Assembly (NCBI GenBank): GCA_944389125.1
Contig: CALXLF010000002.1
Span: 164,588-228,587 of the forward strand
Reading direction: 5' to 3'
DNA: 64,000 bases
From: an uncultured Clostridia bacterium
GTDB taxonomy: Bacteria; Bacillota; Clostridia; TANB77; CAG-508
The notes beneath the pieces were generated by a model, which did no database searches, was not told the DNA's origin, and worked only from the letters and a program-made list of their open reading frames with translations. This document shows positions 20,372 through 31,118 of this stretch, piece after piece (position 1 is the first letter of the stretch; each line of letters starts with the position of its first letter). The translations under genes and the position numbers were made by a program.

Positions 20372-20902
20372 ATGAATTATGCAGATATAAAAAAATATGA
20401 TATTGCAAATGGTCCAGGTGTGCGTGTATCAATATTTGTAAGTGGTTGTACACATCATTGCAAAGGATGTTTTAACGAAGAAGCCTGGGATTTTAATTAT
20501 GGAAAAAAATTCGATAAGGAAACAGAAGAAGAAGTATTAGAAGCATTAGAACCAGATTATATAAAAGGTTTATCTTTACTAGGTGGAGAGCCTTTTGAGT
20601 ATCAAAATCAGAAAGGATTATTGCCTGTTATTAAAAAAGCTAAACAAAAATATCCAAATAAAAAAATATGGTGTTATAGTGGATATTTATTTGATAAAGA
20701 TATTGTAGAAAATATGGCAACAAAGTATGAAGAAACTAGAGAAATGCTAAAAAATATAGATTACTTAGTAGATGGCGAATTTGATAAATCAAAAAAGAAA
20801 CCAGATTTACAATTTAAAGGTTCTACTAATCAAAGAATAATAGATGTTCAAAAAAGTTTAAAAGAGAAAAAAGTTGTCCTTTGGGATGGAAATATGGAAT
20901 AA
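20372..20902 (+). CDS. nrdG: anaerobic ribonucleoside-triphosphate reductase activating protein
   Basis: YDIANGPGVRVSIFVSGCTHHCKGCFNEEAWDF is the canonical NrdG radical-SAM signature. Length is 176 aa. Confidence 0.9.
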   Translation: MNYADIKKYDIANGPGVRVSIFVSGCTHHCKGCFNEEAWDFNYGKKFDKETEEEVLEALEPDYIKGLSLLGGEPFEYQNQKGLLPVIKKAKQKYPNKKIWCYSGYLFDKDIVENMATKYEETREMLKNIDYLVDGEFDKSKKKPDLQFKGSTNQRIIDVQKSLKEKKVVLWDGNME

Positions 20903-21022
20903 TAAATTTTAAAAAAAGCTATTCTTAAATTGTAATTTTTGCATATAAGTATAGCTTTTTGCTTTGTATAAAAATGTAAAAATAGGTTGAAAAAAAAGAG
21001 TAATAATGATATACTCTTGAGC

Positions 21023-22099
21023 ATGATAGAAGAAAAGAGAAAAAAAGTGTTACATATTGTAGAGGCTTTTGCTGGAGGAATTTTTTCAATTCTTGTAGAT
21101 CTAGTAAATTCTACATGTGATGAATTTGATATTGTTATTGCATATTCTAAAAGAGTACAAACACCAGAAAATTTCAAAAGCTATTTTGCCCCAAATGTTA
21201 AGTTTATAGAAGTCAAAAATTTTACTAGAAGTATTAGCTTTAAAAAGGACATAAAAGCTTTTTTTGAGATAAGAAAAATTATAAAAGAAGAAAAACCAGA
21301 TGTAATACATCTTCACTCATCTAAAGCTGGATTTTTGGGTAGATTTGCTGCAAATGGCAAAAAAATAAGAATGCTATATAATCCACATGGATTTTCTTTT
21401 TTAATGCAAGATAGTTCTAAATTAAAAAGAAAAATTTATTGGATAATAGAAAAAATTGGAGCAATGAGAAAATGTACTATAGTTGGATGTTCTCAAGGCG
21501 AATATGAAGAAGCTTTAAAATTAAGTAAAAATTCAATATGTATTAATAATGGGTTAAATGTGGAAAAATTACAAAATGAAACAAAAGATTTTAAAAGAAA
21601 AGATATTGATTTCAATAATTTAAAAATTTGTACAAGCGGAAGAATTGGATATCAAAAAAATCCTAAGCTTTTCAATAAAATTGCAGAAAATTTTCCAGAA
21701 CTTAAATTTACATGGATAGGTGATGGAGATTTAAGAGAAGAACTAACTAGTAAAAATATAAATATTACAGGTTGGAAAACAAGAAGTGAAGTTTTAGAAC
21801 TTGTAAATGAAAACGATATTTTTGTTTTAACATCTCTTTGGGAAGGATTACCAGTTTCTTTATTAGAAGCAATGTATTTAGGTAAAATTTGTATAGTTAC
21901 TGATTGCATCGGAAATAGAGATGTAATTAAAGATGGAGAAAATGGTTTTATAATAAATGAAGAAAATTATAAAAATGTAATTCAAAATTTAAATAATACA
22001 GTTTGCCAAAAGGTTTCTAAAAAAGCAAAACAAGATATACTAGATAAATTTAATGTTAAAAAAATGGCAGAAGAATATAGGAGAGAATACTATGGCTAA
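21023..22099 (+). CDS. glycosyltransferase family 4
   Basis: C-terminal EGLPVSLLEAMYLGKICIVTDCIGNRDVIKDGENGFII (GT4 EX7E-type motif). The start is likely ATG 21023; the ORF is open from TTG 20987. Confidence 0.75.
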   Translation: MIEEKRKKVLHIVEAFAGGIFSILVDLVNSTCDEFDIVIAYSKRVQTPENFKSYFAPNVKFIEVKNFTRSISFKKDIKAFFEIRKIIKEEKPDVIHLHSSKAGFLGRFAANGKKIRMLYNPHGFSFLMQDSSKLKRKIYWIIEKIGAMRKCTIVGCSQGEYEEALKLSKNSICINNGLNVEKLQNETKDFKRKDIDFNNLKICTSGRIGYQKNPKLFNKIAENFPELKFTWIGDGDLREELTSKNINITGWKTRSEVLELVNENDIFVLTSLWEGLPVSLLEAMYLGKICIVTDCIGNRDVIKDGENGFIINEENYKNVIQNLNNTVCQKVSKKAKQDILDKFNVKKMAEEYRREYYG

Positions 22100-24467
22100 A
22101 AAAGTTGGAATTGTTTCATGCTATTTTAAAAATAATTATGGAAGTATGCTTCAAGCATATGCAACTAAAAAAATATTAGATAATAACAATATTCCTAATG
22201 AAACAATAAATGTTGATAATAATATAGATTTTAAAAAAGGAAAAAGAAATTATTATATTTCTCAAATATTTAATTTTAATTTTATAAAATCTAAATTTGG
22301 AATGATAAAACTAAAATTAGATAAAAAAATTGTAAAAGATTTAGGAAAAAATATAAATATAAGAAATAATAAATATAAAGAATTTAGAAGAGAATTTAAT
22401 TTATCTAAAAGTGTAAATACATACTCAGAACTTAATAAAATGGCAAAAGTAAAATATTCAGATGTTTTATTAGGTTCTGACCAGTTATGGTTACCTGTAA
22501 ATGTAGTAGCTGATTATTATACATTAAATTGGGTACCAGACAATATTAATAAAATTTCTTATGCTACTTCATTTGGGGTATCAAGTATTCCAGACAAATA
22601 TTATGAAAAATATAAACTTTTTTTAAGAAGATTTGATCATTTATCTATAAGAGAAGATAGTGGAATAAAACTCGCTAAAGAAATAGCAGGTATTAATGGA
22701 AAATTAGTATGTGATCCAACTTTATTATTAACAAAAGAAGAATGGGAAAATGAAGCATCAAAAGAAAGAAAATATAATGAAAAATACATTCTTTGCTATT
22801 TTTTAGGAAGCAATATAGAACATAGAAAATTTGCTGAAAAACTTAGAGATAAAACAGGATATAAAATTGTTTCATTAAATCACGCAGATGAATATGTTAA
22901 ATATTCAGATGAATTTTGTGATTATGCGCCATATGATATAGGCCCAAGAGAGTGGATAAGTTTATTAAAAAATGCGGAATATGTTTTAACTGATTCATTT
23001 CATGGAACTGTTTTTTCACTGATATTTAATAAACAATTCTTTTGTTTTAGAAGGTATAGTGCAAATGCAACAGGTTCAACAAACTCTAGATTAGATTCAT
23101 TATTAAAAGTAGCTGAAGTAAGTAATGAAAGAATACTTTCAGGAACAGAAAATATTGATGATGTTTTAAAATATAAAATAGATTTTGAAAAAGTTAATAA
23201 TAATATAGAAAAATTCAGGGATGATTCTAAAAAATGGTTATTAAAAGCTATTTCTTATAAGCCAGATAAAGAAAAATGTATTAATATAACAGATAAAGAT
23301 TTATGTACTGGATGTACAGCATGTAAAAATATTTGTCCAAAAGATGCTATAGAAATGGTTAAGGATGAAGAAGGATTCTTATATCCTAAAATAGATCCGA
23401 GAAAATGCATTGAATGCGGAAAGTGTAAAAAAGTTTGTCCAGTGCTTAATAAAAAGAAAAGAGAAGATTTTAAACAAAAAGGATATATTTTTCAATATAA
23501 AGATAATGATATTAGAAAACAGAGTACTTCTGGAGGAGCTTTTACAGCAATAGCTGATTATGTAATAGAAAAAGGTGGAGTTGTTTTTGGAGCTTGTTTT
23601 GATGAAAATTTTAAGGTAATACATCAAAAAGCAGAAACTAAAGAAGAATTAGAAAAGTTTAGAAATAGTAAATATGTACAAAGTGATTTGAAAAATACTT
23701 TTAAAGAAGCAAAAAAATTATTAGATAAAGGAACTTTAGTATGCTATAGTGGAACAGCTTGTCAAATTGAAGGTTTAATAGCATATTTAGGAAAAGTCTA
23801 TGATAATTTAATAACAGTTGATGTTATTTGTAGAGCTGTACCATCACCTTTATTATGGGAAAAATATATAGAATATAAAGATAAACAAAAAAAAGCTAAA
23901 AAGATTTATTTTAGGGAAAAATTTTATGGATATAAATATTCAAATTTAGCAATGCATGATGAGTCAACAGTTTTTTATCATAATGGAGTTGATACAGATC
24001 CATATTTAAGAGCATTTTTCTCAAATATAGCATGCAGACCATCTTGTTATAGTTGTAATTTTAAAGAACAACTTCATAAAGCTGATTTTACAATTTGGGA
24101 TTGTTTCGATGTAAGTAAATATGATGAGTCTTTTGATGATGATTTAGGAACAACAAGAATATTATTAAATAGTGATAAAGCAATTAAAGTATTTGATGAA
24201 ATAAAAGAAAAACATAATACAAAAGAAGTAGATGTAGATTTTCTAGTATCTAATTTTCATCAAATGTTTAATTCAATAAAATATAATTCAAAAAGAAAAG
24301 AATTTTTTGATGATTTAAATAATGAAGAATTTACTTCAGTAATAAGCAAATATTTTCCAAATACATTAAAATGTAGATTAGAAAAGTATGGAAGAATAAC
24401 ATTAATAAAATTAGGTTTATATAAGCCTATAATTAAGTTAGGAAAAAAGATAAGAAAACGTATTTAA
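22092..24467 (+). CDS. fusion protein: polysaccharide pyruvyl transferase domain + 2x[4Fe-4S] ferredoxin + FrhB-like (coenzyme F420 hydrogenase beta-subunit family) domain
   Basis: The N-terminal MAKKVGIVSCYFKNNYGSMLQAYA is typical of PvT/CsaB-family starts. Two CxxCxxCxxxCP clusters (CTGCTACKNICP, CIECGKCKKVCP) sit mid-protein, followed by an FrhB-like C-terminal region (STSGGAFTAIADYV...). ATG 22092 overlaps the stop of the upstream GT4. Confidence 0.7.
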   Translation: MAKKVGIVSCYFKNNYGSMLQAYATKKILDNNNIPNETINVDNNIDFKKGKRNYYISQIFNFNFIKSKFGMIKLKLDKKIVKDLGKNINIRNNKYKEFRREFNLSKSVNTYSELNKMAKVKYSDVLLGSDQLWLPVNVVADYYTLNWVPDNINKISYATSFGVSSIPDKYYEKYKLFLRRFDHLSIREDSGIKLAKEIAGINGKLVCDPTLLLTKEEWENEASKERKYNEKYILCYFLGSNIEHRKFAEKLRDKTGYKIVSLNHADEYVKYSDEFCDYAPYDIGPREWISLLKNAEYVLTDSFHGTVFSLIFNKQFFCFRRYSANATGSTNSRLDSLLKVAEVSNERILSGTENIDDVLKYKIDFEKVNNNIEKFRDDSKKWLLKAISYKPDKEKCINITDKDLCTGCTACKNICPKDAIEMVKDEEGFLYPKIDPRKCIECGKCKKVCPVLNKKKREDFKQKGYIFQYKDNDIRKQSTSGGAFTAIADYVIEKGGVVFGACFDENFKVIHQKAETKEELEKFRNSKYVQSDLKNTFKEAKKLLDKGTLVCYSGTACQIEGLIAYLGKVYDNLITVDVICRAVPSPLLWEKYIEYKDKQKKAKKIYFREKFYGYKYSNLAMHDESTVFYHNGVDTDPYLRAFFSNIACRPSCYSCNFKEQLHKADFTIWDCFDVSKYDESFDDDLGTTRILLNSDKAIKVFDEIKEKHNTKEVDVDFLVSNFHQMFNSIKYNSKRKEFFDDLNNEEFTSVISKYFPNTLKCRLEKYGRITLIKLGLYKPIIKLGKKIRKRI

Positions 24468-24499
24468 CAAAAGTTAAAGCTTAGGAAGGAATAGCAAAG

Positions 24500-25609
24500 A
24501 TGAAAATAGCTAAAAGAGATATTACAAAAATAGAAATAGACAAAAAAATTATATATTTCTTATTTCCAATTTTAATTATAATTGCAAAGATTATTAGATA
24601 TACATTAATGAAAGAGACTTTGGTTGACGAAGGAATAGGACATAGTTTTATTGAATTAATTAATAATAAAATTTATACTAATAGAATTATTGGAGAAATA
24701 CTGACAATAAAATTTTTTGATTTATTAAATATATTTAATCTTTCAACATATATTCAATTTGAAATTTATATTTCGATTATATGGAATTTAATTTTATTTT
24801 TGATTATATTTAAATTAAATAAAAAATTAGATATCATACAAGCTTTATTTGTTGTTTTATCAATAGTTATTTTAAATATATTTGATTTTTGCTTGGCTAA
24901 AGAACCAGTTCAAATGTTATATTTTATTGCTATTTATTTAATTATTTGTAGCAAAAGATTATCTATTATATTTAAAAGTATTTTTACTCTTTTGATATTT
25001 TTATTGATAGCTATTATATTACGAAAATATTATATTTTAATGGCATTTTTCTTTTTAGTTATATATGGTAGTTATTACTTATTAAAAAAATTTGATGTAA
25101 AAAAATATAGAGTTATGATTATTACATTATGTATAATAATTTCTCTTATGTCACTTTTAATTTTAAGTAGTTTATTTATGCCAAGTCAGTATAAAGATTT
25201 AGTAAAAGTTAGAAAAACTATAAGTGATGCTGCTTCTGATATTCACGTTATTAGTGAAACTCAAATTAATCCTAGCATGATGATATTATTTGTAGATTAT
25301 ATAATTGTATTTATAAGGTTAATATTTCCTATAGAGTTATTACCATTAGGAATAAAATATATACCATATATTGTATATCAATTACTAATTACATATATAA
25401 TAATTAAATCAATAAGAACTTTATATCAAAATAATGAAAGTAGAAATATATCTATTTTTGCATATATAGCATTTGTTTTAGGGTCTGCTATGTTTGAACC
25501 AGATTTTGGTTCATGGATAAGGCATGAAGCTGTATTTTGTCCAATAATATTTATAGCATGTAATGCAAAAACTATAAAAGAAAAAGTAAAAAGTGAGGAA
25601 GAAAAATAG
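24500..25609 (+). CDS. polytopic membrane protein, probable oligosaccharide repeat-unit polymerase (Wzy/EpsG-like)
   Basis: About 10 predicted TM helices and a Phe/Ile-rich composition, in a polysaccharide-locus context. Confidence 0.5.
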   Translation: MKIAKRDITKIEIDKKIIYFLFPILIIIAKIIRYTLMKETLVDEGIGHSFIELINNKIYTNRIIGEILTIKFFDLLNIFNLSTYIQFEIYISIIWNLILFLIIFKLNKKLDIIQALFVVLSIVILNIFDFCLAKEPVQMLYFIAIYLIICSKRLSIIFKSIFTLLIFLLIAIILRKYYILMAFFFLVIYGSYYLLKKFDVKKYRVMIITLCIIISLMSLLILSSLFMPSQYKDLVKVRKTISDAASDIHVISETQINPSMMILFVDYIIVFIRLIFPIELLPLGIKYIPYIVYQLLITYIIIKSIRTLYQNNESRNISIFAYIAFVLGSAMFEPDFGSWIRHEAVFCPIIFIACNAKTIKEKVKSEEEK

Positions 25610-25613
25610 TAAA

Positions 25614-26744
25614 ATGACAAAAGTTTTATTTTTTGTTGATAGAATGTTAAAAGGTGGAATTCAATCTTTAGTAATTGAAATAGTTAGAAATATAAATAAA
25701 GAAAAAGTACATATTGATTTTTTATTATTAGATGATGGAAATGAATATGATCTTGAAAATACATTAAAAGATTTGGGGTGCGAAGTTTACAAATTAAATG
25801 GTATTTGGGTTAATACTCCTTTAGATTTTGTTAAATATATAAAAGCTTTAGATAATTTTTTTAAAGAACATAATGACTATGATGTTATACATATGCATTC
25901 TTCTAGCAAAAATTATATGGTATTAAAAAAAGCAAAAAAATATGGAATACCTGTTAGAATTGCTCATTCACATAACATAGATTTTCAAACCAAAAATCCA
26001 ATAAAGAAATTTTTGGGAAATATTTTTAAAAGTTTTCTTAAGAAGTATGCTACTGATTATTTTGCTTGTTCTAAAATTGCAGGAGAATGGCTTTTTGGAG
26101 AAAAAATTGTAAATTCAGAAAAATTTTATGTAATACATAATGCAATAGACTATGATAAATTTAAATTTAATGAAGAAAAAAGAAATAAAATTAGAAAAGA
26201 ACTTGATGTAAAAGATGATGAATTAGTTATAGGACATGTTGGAAGATTTACAAATCAAAAAAATCATGATTTTTTAATAGATATTTTTTATGAAATGTAT
26301 AAAATTAACCAAAATATAAGGTTACTATTAATAGGCAAGGGAGAGAATGAAGAATTAATAAAAATAAAGGTTAAAAAATTGAATTTAGAAAATCTGGTAA
26401 TGTTTCTAGGATTTAAAAAAGATGTTTATAATTATTATCAAGCTATGGATGTATTTTTGCTTCCATCTAAATATGAAGGATTACCAGTTACTTTAGTTGA
26501 GGCTCAAGCAAATGGATTGCCAATTTTTACTTCTAAGAAAGTTGTTTCAGATGAAGTAAAACTATGTGATAATCTATATTTTATTGAATTAGATAAAAAA
26601 CCTGAAGAATGGGCAAAAGAAATTTTAAGTAAAGATTTAACTAGAATTAATACATATCAAAATTTTAAAGATAATAGATATTTTATTAACGATACAGTTG
26701 ATTTTTTAGAAGAATTCTATGAAAAAAATACTCAAAGGAAATAA
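25614..26744 (+). CDS. glycosyltransferase family 4
   Basis: EGLPVTLVEAQANGLPIFTS motif, with an ATG after a GAGGAAGAAAAA RBS. Confidence 0.75.
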   Translation: MTKVLFFVDRMLKGGIQSLVIEIVRNINKEKVHIDFLLLDDGNEYDLENTLKDLGCEVYKLNGIWVNTPLDFVKYIKALDNFFKEHNDYDVIHMHSSSKNYMVLKKAKKYGIPVRIAHSHNIDFQTKNPIKKFLGNIFKSFLKKYATDYFACSKIAGEWLFGEKIVNSEKFYVIHNAIDYDKFKFNEEKRNKIRKELDVKDDELVIGHVGRFTNQKNHDFLIDIFYEMYKINQNIRLLLIGKGENEELIKIKVKKLNLENLVMFLGFKKDVYNYYQAMDVFLLPSKYEGLPVTLVEAQANGLPIFTSKKVVSDEVKLCDNLYFIELDKKPEEWAKEILSKDLTRINTYQNFKDNRYFINDTVDFLEEFYEKNTQRK

Positions 26745-26763
26745 TTATAAAAAGGAGATAATA

Positions 26764-27735
26764 ATGAATAATTATACGGTTTTTGATACAGCATGTGGTA
26801 GTTTAAATGTTGGAGACCAAATTATTATGGACTCATTTGAAAAAGAAATGAAATTTATATTAGATACAGGTTTTGTTGGTAGATTTCCTACACATACACC
26901 AATATTTCATTTTTATCAGGCAAATAGATTTAATCATACTTTTAGATATATTAATTCATCAAAGTATAAGTTTGTTGCTGGTACTAATATATTATGTAAA
27001 AATTTATTGCAACCTTGGCCTAATTGGAATATGAATATTTTTAATTGTTCGCCATATAAAGATTGTATTCTTGTTGGATGTGGAAGCGGTAAAGGCGATA
27101 AGATGAATTTATATACTAGATTAGTATATGATAAAATTTTAAATAAACAGTTTTTACATTCAACTAGAGATGAAAAAACTAAGAATGAATTAGAAAAACT
27201 TGGATTACATGCTATAAATACTGGATGTGTTACTACATGGGGGCTTACAGATGAAGCTTGTAGTAAAATTGAAACTAATAAGTCTGATTCAGTTATATTT
27301 ACTTTAACAGATTATAAAAAAAATGAAGAAATAGATAAAAAATTTATTGATATTCTAAAAAGAAATTATAATAAAGTTTATTTTTGGATACAAGGTTCTT
27401 CTGATTTAAAATATTTTAATACATTAGAAAATACAAAAGATATAGAAATTGTTCCTCCATCTTTACATGCTTTTCAAAATATTTTAATAAATAAAAAAGT
27501 GGATTATATTGGAACTAGATTACACGCTGGTATATTTGCTATGAAAAATTATATTAGGAGTATAATTATAGCTATAGATAATAGAGCTATAGATATGAGT
27601 AAAGATTACAATTTAAATTGTATTGTTAGAGAAAATTTGATAAATGAATTGGAAGATAAAATAAATAGTAAATTTAAGACTGAAATAAATATTAATATGA
27701 AAAATATAAACGAATGGAAAAGTCAATTTAAGTAA
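26764..27735 (+). CDS. polysaccharide pyruvyl transferase family protein
   Basis: N-terminal FDTACGSLNVGDQIIMDS is typical of WcaK/CsaB-type pyruvyl transferases. AGGAGA RBS. Confidence 0.65.
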   Translation: MNNYTVFDTACGSLNVGDQIIMDSFEKEMKFILDTGFVGRFPTHTPIFHFYQANRFNHTFRYINSSKYKFVAGTNILCKNLLQPWPNWNMNIFNCSPYKDCILVGCGSGKGDKMNLYTRLVYDKILNKQFLHSTRDEKTKNELEKLGLHAINTGCVTTWGLTDEACSKIETNKSDSVIFTLTDYKKNEEIDKKFIDILKRNYNKVYFWIQGSSDLKYFNTLENTKDIEIVPPSLHAFQNILINKKVDYIGTRLHAGIFAMKNYIRSIIIAIDNRAIDMSKDYNLNCIVRENLINELEDKINSKFKTEININMKNINEWKSQFK

Positions 27736-27795
27736 TAATATTTATGTGCTATTATATTGGGAAATGTAAAATATTATAAAATAGGAAGAAGATCA

Positions 27796-29256
27796 ATGGG
27801 AAAATTAAGTAGTGTAAAAAAGAATTATTTGTATAATGTTGTATATCAGCTTTTAATATTGATCTTGCCATTAATAACGGCTCCGTATTTGTCAAGAGTT
27901 GTTGGAGCTGAAGGAGTTGGTATATTCTCATATACATATTCAATAGTCTATTATTTTATGTTAATATGTCTATTAGGTGTAAATAACTATGGAAATAGAT
28001 GTATTGCTAAAACAAAATCCAATAAAGAGGAAATGTCTCGAACTTTTTGGGGAATATATACGTTCCAAGTATTTATGGGATTGTTGATGATACTTATCTA
28101 TTTAATATATGTTTTTTTATTTGAAAATGAATATAAAATAATTGGACTTATACAAGTTTTATATATAGTTTCTTCTGTGTTTGATATAAACTGGTTTTAT
28201 TTTGGCCTAGAAGAATTTAAATTAACTATAACGAGAAATTCTTTTGTTAAAATAGGTAGTGTTATATTAATATTTATATTTGTAAAAAATCCTTCTGATT
28301 TATGGAAATATACCTTAATAATGTCTGGAATGACAGTTCTAAGTCAATTATTATTATGGGGATTTGTAAAAAAAAGGATAAATTTTGTAAAATTAAAAAA
28401 AGAAGATATATTGAAACATATAAAACCAAATTTTATTTTGTTTATTCCAGTTATTGCAACTAGTATTTATAGAGTTATGGATAAAATAATGGTTGGTAAT
28501 ATGTCTACTGTTACAGAAGTTGGATATTACGAAAATGCAGAAAAGATTATTAATGTTCCACTTGCTTTAATTGCAGCATTGGGAACTGTAATGTTGCCTA
28601 GAATTTCTAATATTTTAGTTCAAAAGGACAAAGAGGAAGTTGAAAAGAAAATAGATAATTATATAAATAAATCAATATCATTAATAATGTTTATGTCATT
28701 TGCAATGAGTTTTGGAATAATAGCAGTGGGATATAATTTTGCACCACTATATTATGGAGCAGATTTTCAAAAATCTGGAGTGTTAATGATGATATTAGCA
28801 ATAACAATTCCAATGACTGCATTTGCTAATGTTTTAAGAACTCAATATTTAATTCCAAAGGAAATGGATAAAATATATTTAAAAGCAGTTTTTTTAGGTG
28901 CTATAATTAATTTAATATCAAATTTCATTTTTATTCCATATTTTGCAAGTATAGGAGCTTGTTTAGGAACTATTGCCGCTGAATTTACTGTTATGTTATA
29001 TCAAATAATAGCTTTAAGAAAATATTTAAGTATAAAAAAATATGTAAAAAATATAATTCCATTTTTTGTAAAAGCAATTATTATGTTTATAGTAGTATAT
29101 GCTCTTAATTATATAGATATGAAATCTATTATAAGACTTGTGAGTCAAATTGCTTTAGGTTGTGCTATTTATGGAATATTAAATATAAGATATATTTTTA
29201 ATTCATTAGATTTGAAAAATTTAATATTAACAACAAAAAAACAAAGAGCTATATAA
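27796..29256 (+). CDS. Wzx-type flippase (MOP/polysaccharide biosynthesis protein family)
   Basis: 12-14 TM helices and the conserved N-terminal YLSRVVGAEGVGIFSYTYS signature. Confidence 0.8.
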   Translation: MGKLSSVKKNYLYNVVYQLLILILPLITAPYLSRVVGAEGVGIFSYTYSIVYYFMLICLLGVNNYGNRCIAKTKSNKEEMSRTFWGIYTFQVFMGLLMILIYLIYVFLFENEYKIIGLIQVLYIVSSVFDINWFYFGLEEFKLTITRNSFVKIGSVILIFIFVKNPSDLWKYTLIMSGMTVLSQLLLWGFVKKRINFVKLKKEDILKHIKPNFILFIPVIATSIYRVMDKIMVGNMSTVTEVGYYENAEKIINVPLALIAALGTVMLPRISNILVQKDKEEVEKKIDNYINKSISLIMFMSFAMSFGIIAVGYNFAPLYYGADFQKSGVLMMILAITIPMTAFANVLRTQYLIPKEMDKIYLKAVFLGAIINLISNFIFIPYFASIGACLGTIAAEFTVMLYQIIALRKYLSIKKYVKNIIPFFVKAIIMFIVVYALNYIDMKSIIRLVSQIALGCAIYGILNIRYIFNSLDLKNLILTTKKQRAI

Positions 29257-29477
29257 AAAGGAGAATTTTAGTAATATAGCTAATATTTATTGAAAAATGA
29301 AATAAGAGTCAATGTATTAAAAATTCAATAATTAATATAAGTACAGATGCAATTGTATAGATAATAAATAAATTGATTGATTTTGTGATTAGAAATATTT
29401 TTATAAAAATAATTAATTTTAAGTATCAAGATGTAAAATGGTTCTTTACGTTATTTTTAATGAAATGAGGGATTTCC

Positions 29478-30254
29478 ATGATTATATTAATAGGCTTATT
29501 AATACCATTTTTAGGGACAACTCTAGGGGCTGCTATGGTATTTTTTATGAAAAATAAAGTAAATGATAAAATACAAAAGTTGTTACTAGGATTTGCTTCT
29601 GGTGTAATGCTTGCGGCTTCTATATGGTCTTTGATAATTCCTTCAATGAATATGGCAAAACAGCAAGGTGAGGTTGAATGGGGACCTGCAGCTATAGGAT
29701 TTTTATTAGGTATTTTATTTTTATTAGCCTTAGATACTATAATTCCTCATTTACATATAAGTCATGAAAAACCGGAAGGAATAAAATCAAAATTAAAAAA
29801 ATCTACGATGATGGTCTTAGCTGTAACACTTCATAATATCCCTGAAGGTATGGCTGCTGGTGTAACATTTGCTGGGGCAATGATTGGTAATACAGGTATA
29901 ACAGTAGCTGGAGCTATATCTTTAGCAATAGGAATTGCAATTCAAAATTTTCCAGAAGGCACTATTATTTCAATGCCTTTAAAAAGTGAAGGAGTTTCTA
30001 AACCAAAAGCGTTTTTATATGGTATGCTATCTGGAATTGTAGAGCCAATAGGAGCTATTATTACAATATTATTAACAAATGCAGTTGTACCAATTCTTCC
30101 TTATTTATTATCTTTTGCAGCTGGTGCAATGATTTATGCAGTTGTAGAAGAACTAATACCAGAATCACAAGAGGGAGAACATTCTAATCTTGGAACAATA
30201 GGAGTTGCAATTGGATTTGTACTTATGATGATTCTAGATGTAGCTTTGGGATAA
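29478..30254 (+). CDS. ZIP-family metal (zinc) transporter
   Basis: HNIPEGMAAG and the NFPEG motif in 8 TM helices (ZupT-like). Confidence 0.85.
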   Translation: MIILIGLLIPFLGTTLGAAMVFFMKNKVNDKIQKLLLGFASGVMLAASIWSLIIPSMNMAKQQGEVEWGPAAIGFLLGILFLLALDTIIPHLHISHEKPEGIKSKLKKSTMMVLAVTLHNIPEGMAAGVTFAGAMIGNTGITVAGAISLAIGIAIQNFPEGTIISMPLKSEGVSKPKAFLYGMLSGIVEPIGAIITILLTNAVVPILPYLLSFAAGAMIYAVVEELIPESQEGEHSNLGTIGVAIGFVLMMILDVALG

Positions 30255-30356
30255 AAATGTAATAATAATGTAATAAAAAATTTATAGATTTTTTTGTATA
30301 TTAATGTTAAAATATGTAAAAATTAATAAATTAGAATTAAAGAAGGGATTTTTATT

Positions 30357-30920
30357 ATGAGTGGAAAAACAATTGGAGAATTAGAAACATTAGCAGCTAA
30401 CGGAAATGTTGATGCAATTCAAGAATTAGGAGTAAGATACTATAAAGGAATTGGTGTTGGAGTAAATTATCAAAAAGCTAAACAATGCTTTGAAAAAGCA
30501 GGCCAAGGTGGTTGCAAAGCAAGTAACTATTATTTAGGTATGATGTATTATAATGGAAATGGTATGCAAACAAATCATGCTAAAGCAAAAGAATATTTTG
30601 AAAAATCTGACAAAGATAATAACATTTTTTCTACATATTATTTAGGAAAAATTTATTATTGGGGTGATGGTGTTGAAAAAAATGAAGCTAAAGCTAATGA
30701 ATATAAAGCTAAAGTTTTAGGTACTCCATTTTTTGCTAATCAAAAAGCTGGAACTAAAGAATTTTATTCAGTTTCAGATATTGAAGCTGCAAGCTTAAAT
30801 TATGCAAAAGCTATTGAGCAAAAAGTTAAAAACGATTTCCAAAGCTTATATGGAACTAATACAAATATAAATGCAGGTACTATTTCAAATAATAATGATA
30901 ACACTAATACTAATACATAA
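30357..30920 (+). CDS. Sel1-like repeat (SLR/TPR) protein
   Basis: Repeated A..YYLG.MYY.G.GV..N..KA..Y..KA motifs, with an Asn/Thr-rich tail. Confidence 0.65.
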   Translation: MSGKTIGELETLAANGNVDAIQELGVRYYKGIGVGVNYQKAKQCFEKAGQGGCKASNYYLGMMYYNGNGMQTNHAKAKEYFEKSDKDNNIFSTYYLGKIYYWGDGVEKNEAKANEYKAKVLGTPFFANQKAGTKEFYSVSDIEAASLNYAKAIEQKVKNDFQSLYGTNTNINAGTISNNNDNTNTNT

Positions 30921-30947
30921 TCATTAAAGTTATAAATGGAAAAATTA

Positions 30948-30995
30948 GGCCGCACAATTGCCAAGAAGAAAATGGCAATTGCTGCGGTTTTGTTT
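30948..30995 (+). terminator. rho-independent terminator
   Basis: CAATTGCCA ... TGGCAATTG stem (extended by CCGC/GCGG) followed by TTTTGTTTTTGTTTT. Confidence 0.65.
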
Positions 30996-31118
30996 TTGTT
31001 TTCTTTTAATTCGAAAAGCCCGATAGTTCCAACCTTTTAAGAATGCATATATTAAAAAAACAATAGTAATATATTTCATAATTGTTAAACTCCTTTAATT
31101 AAGATCCTAAAAATAAAT

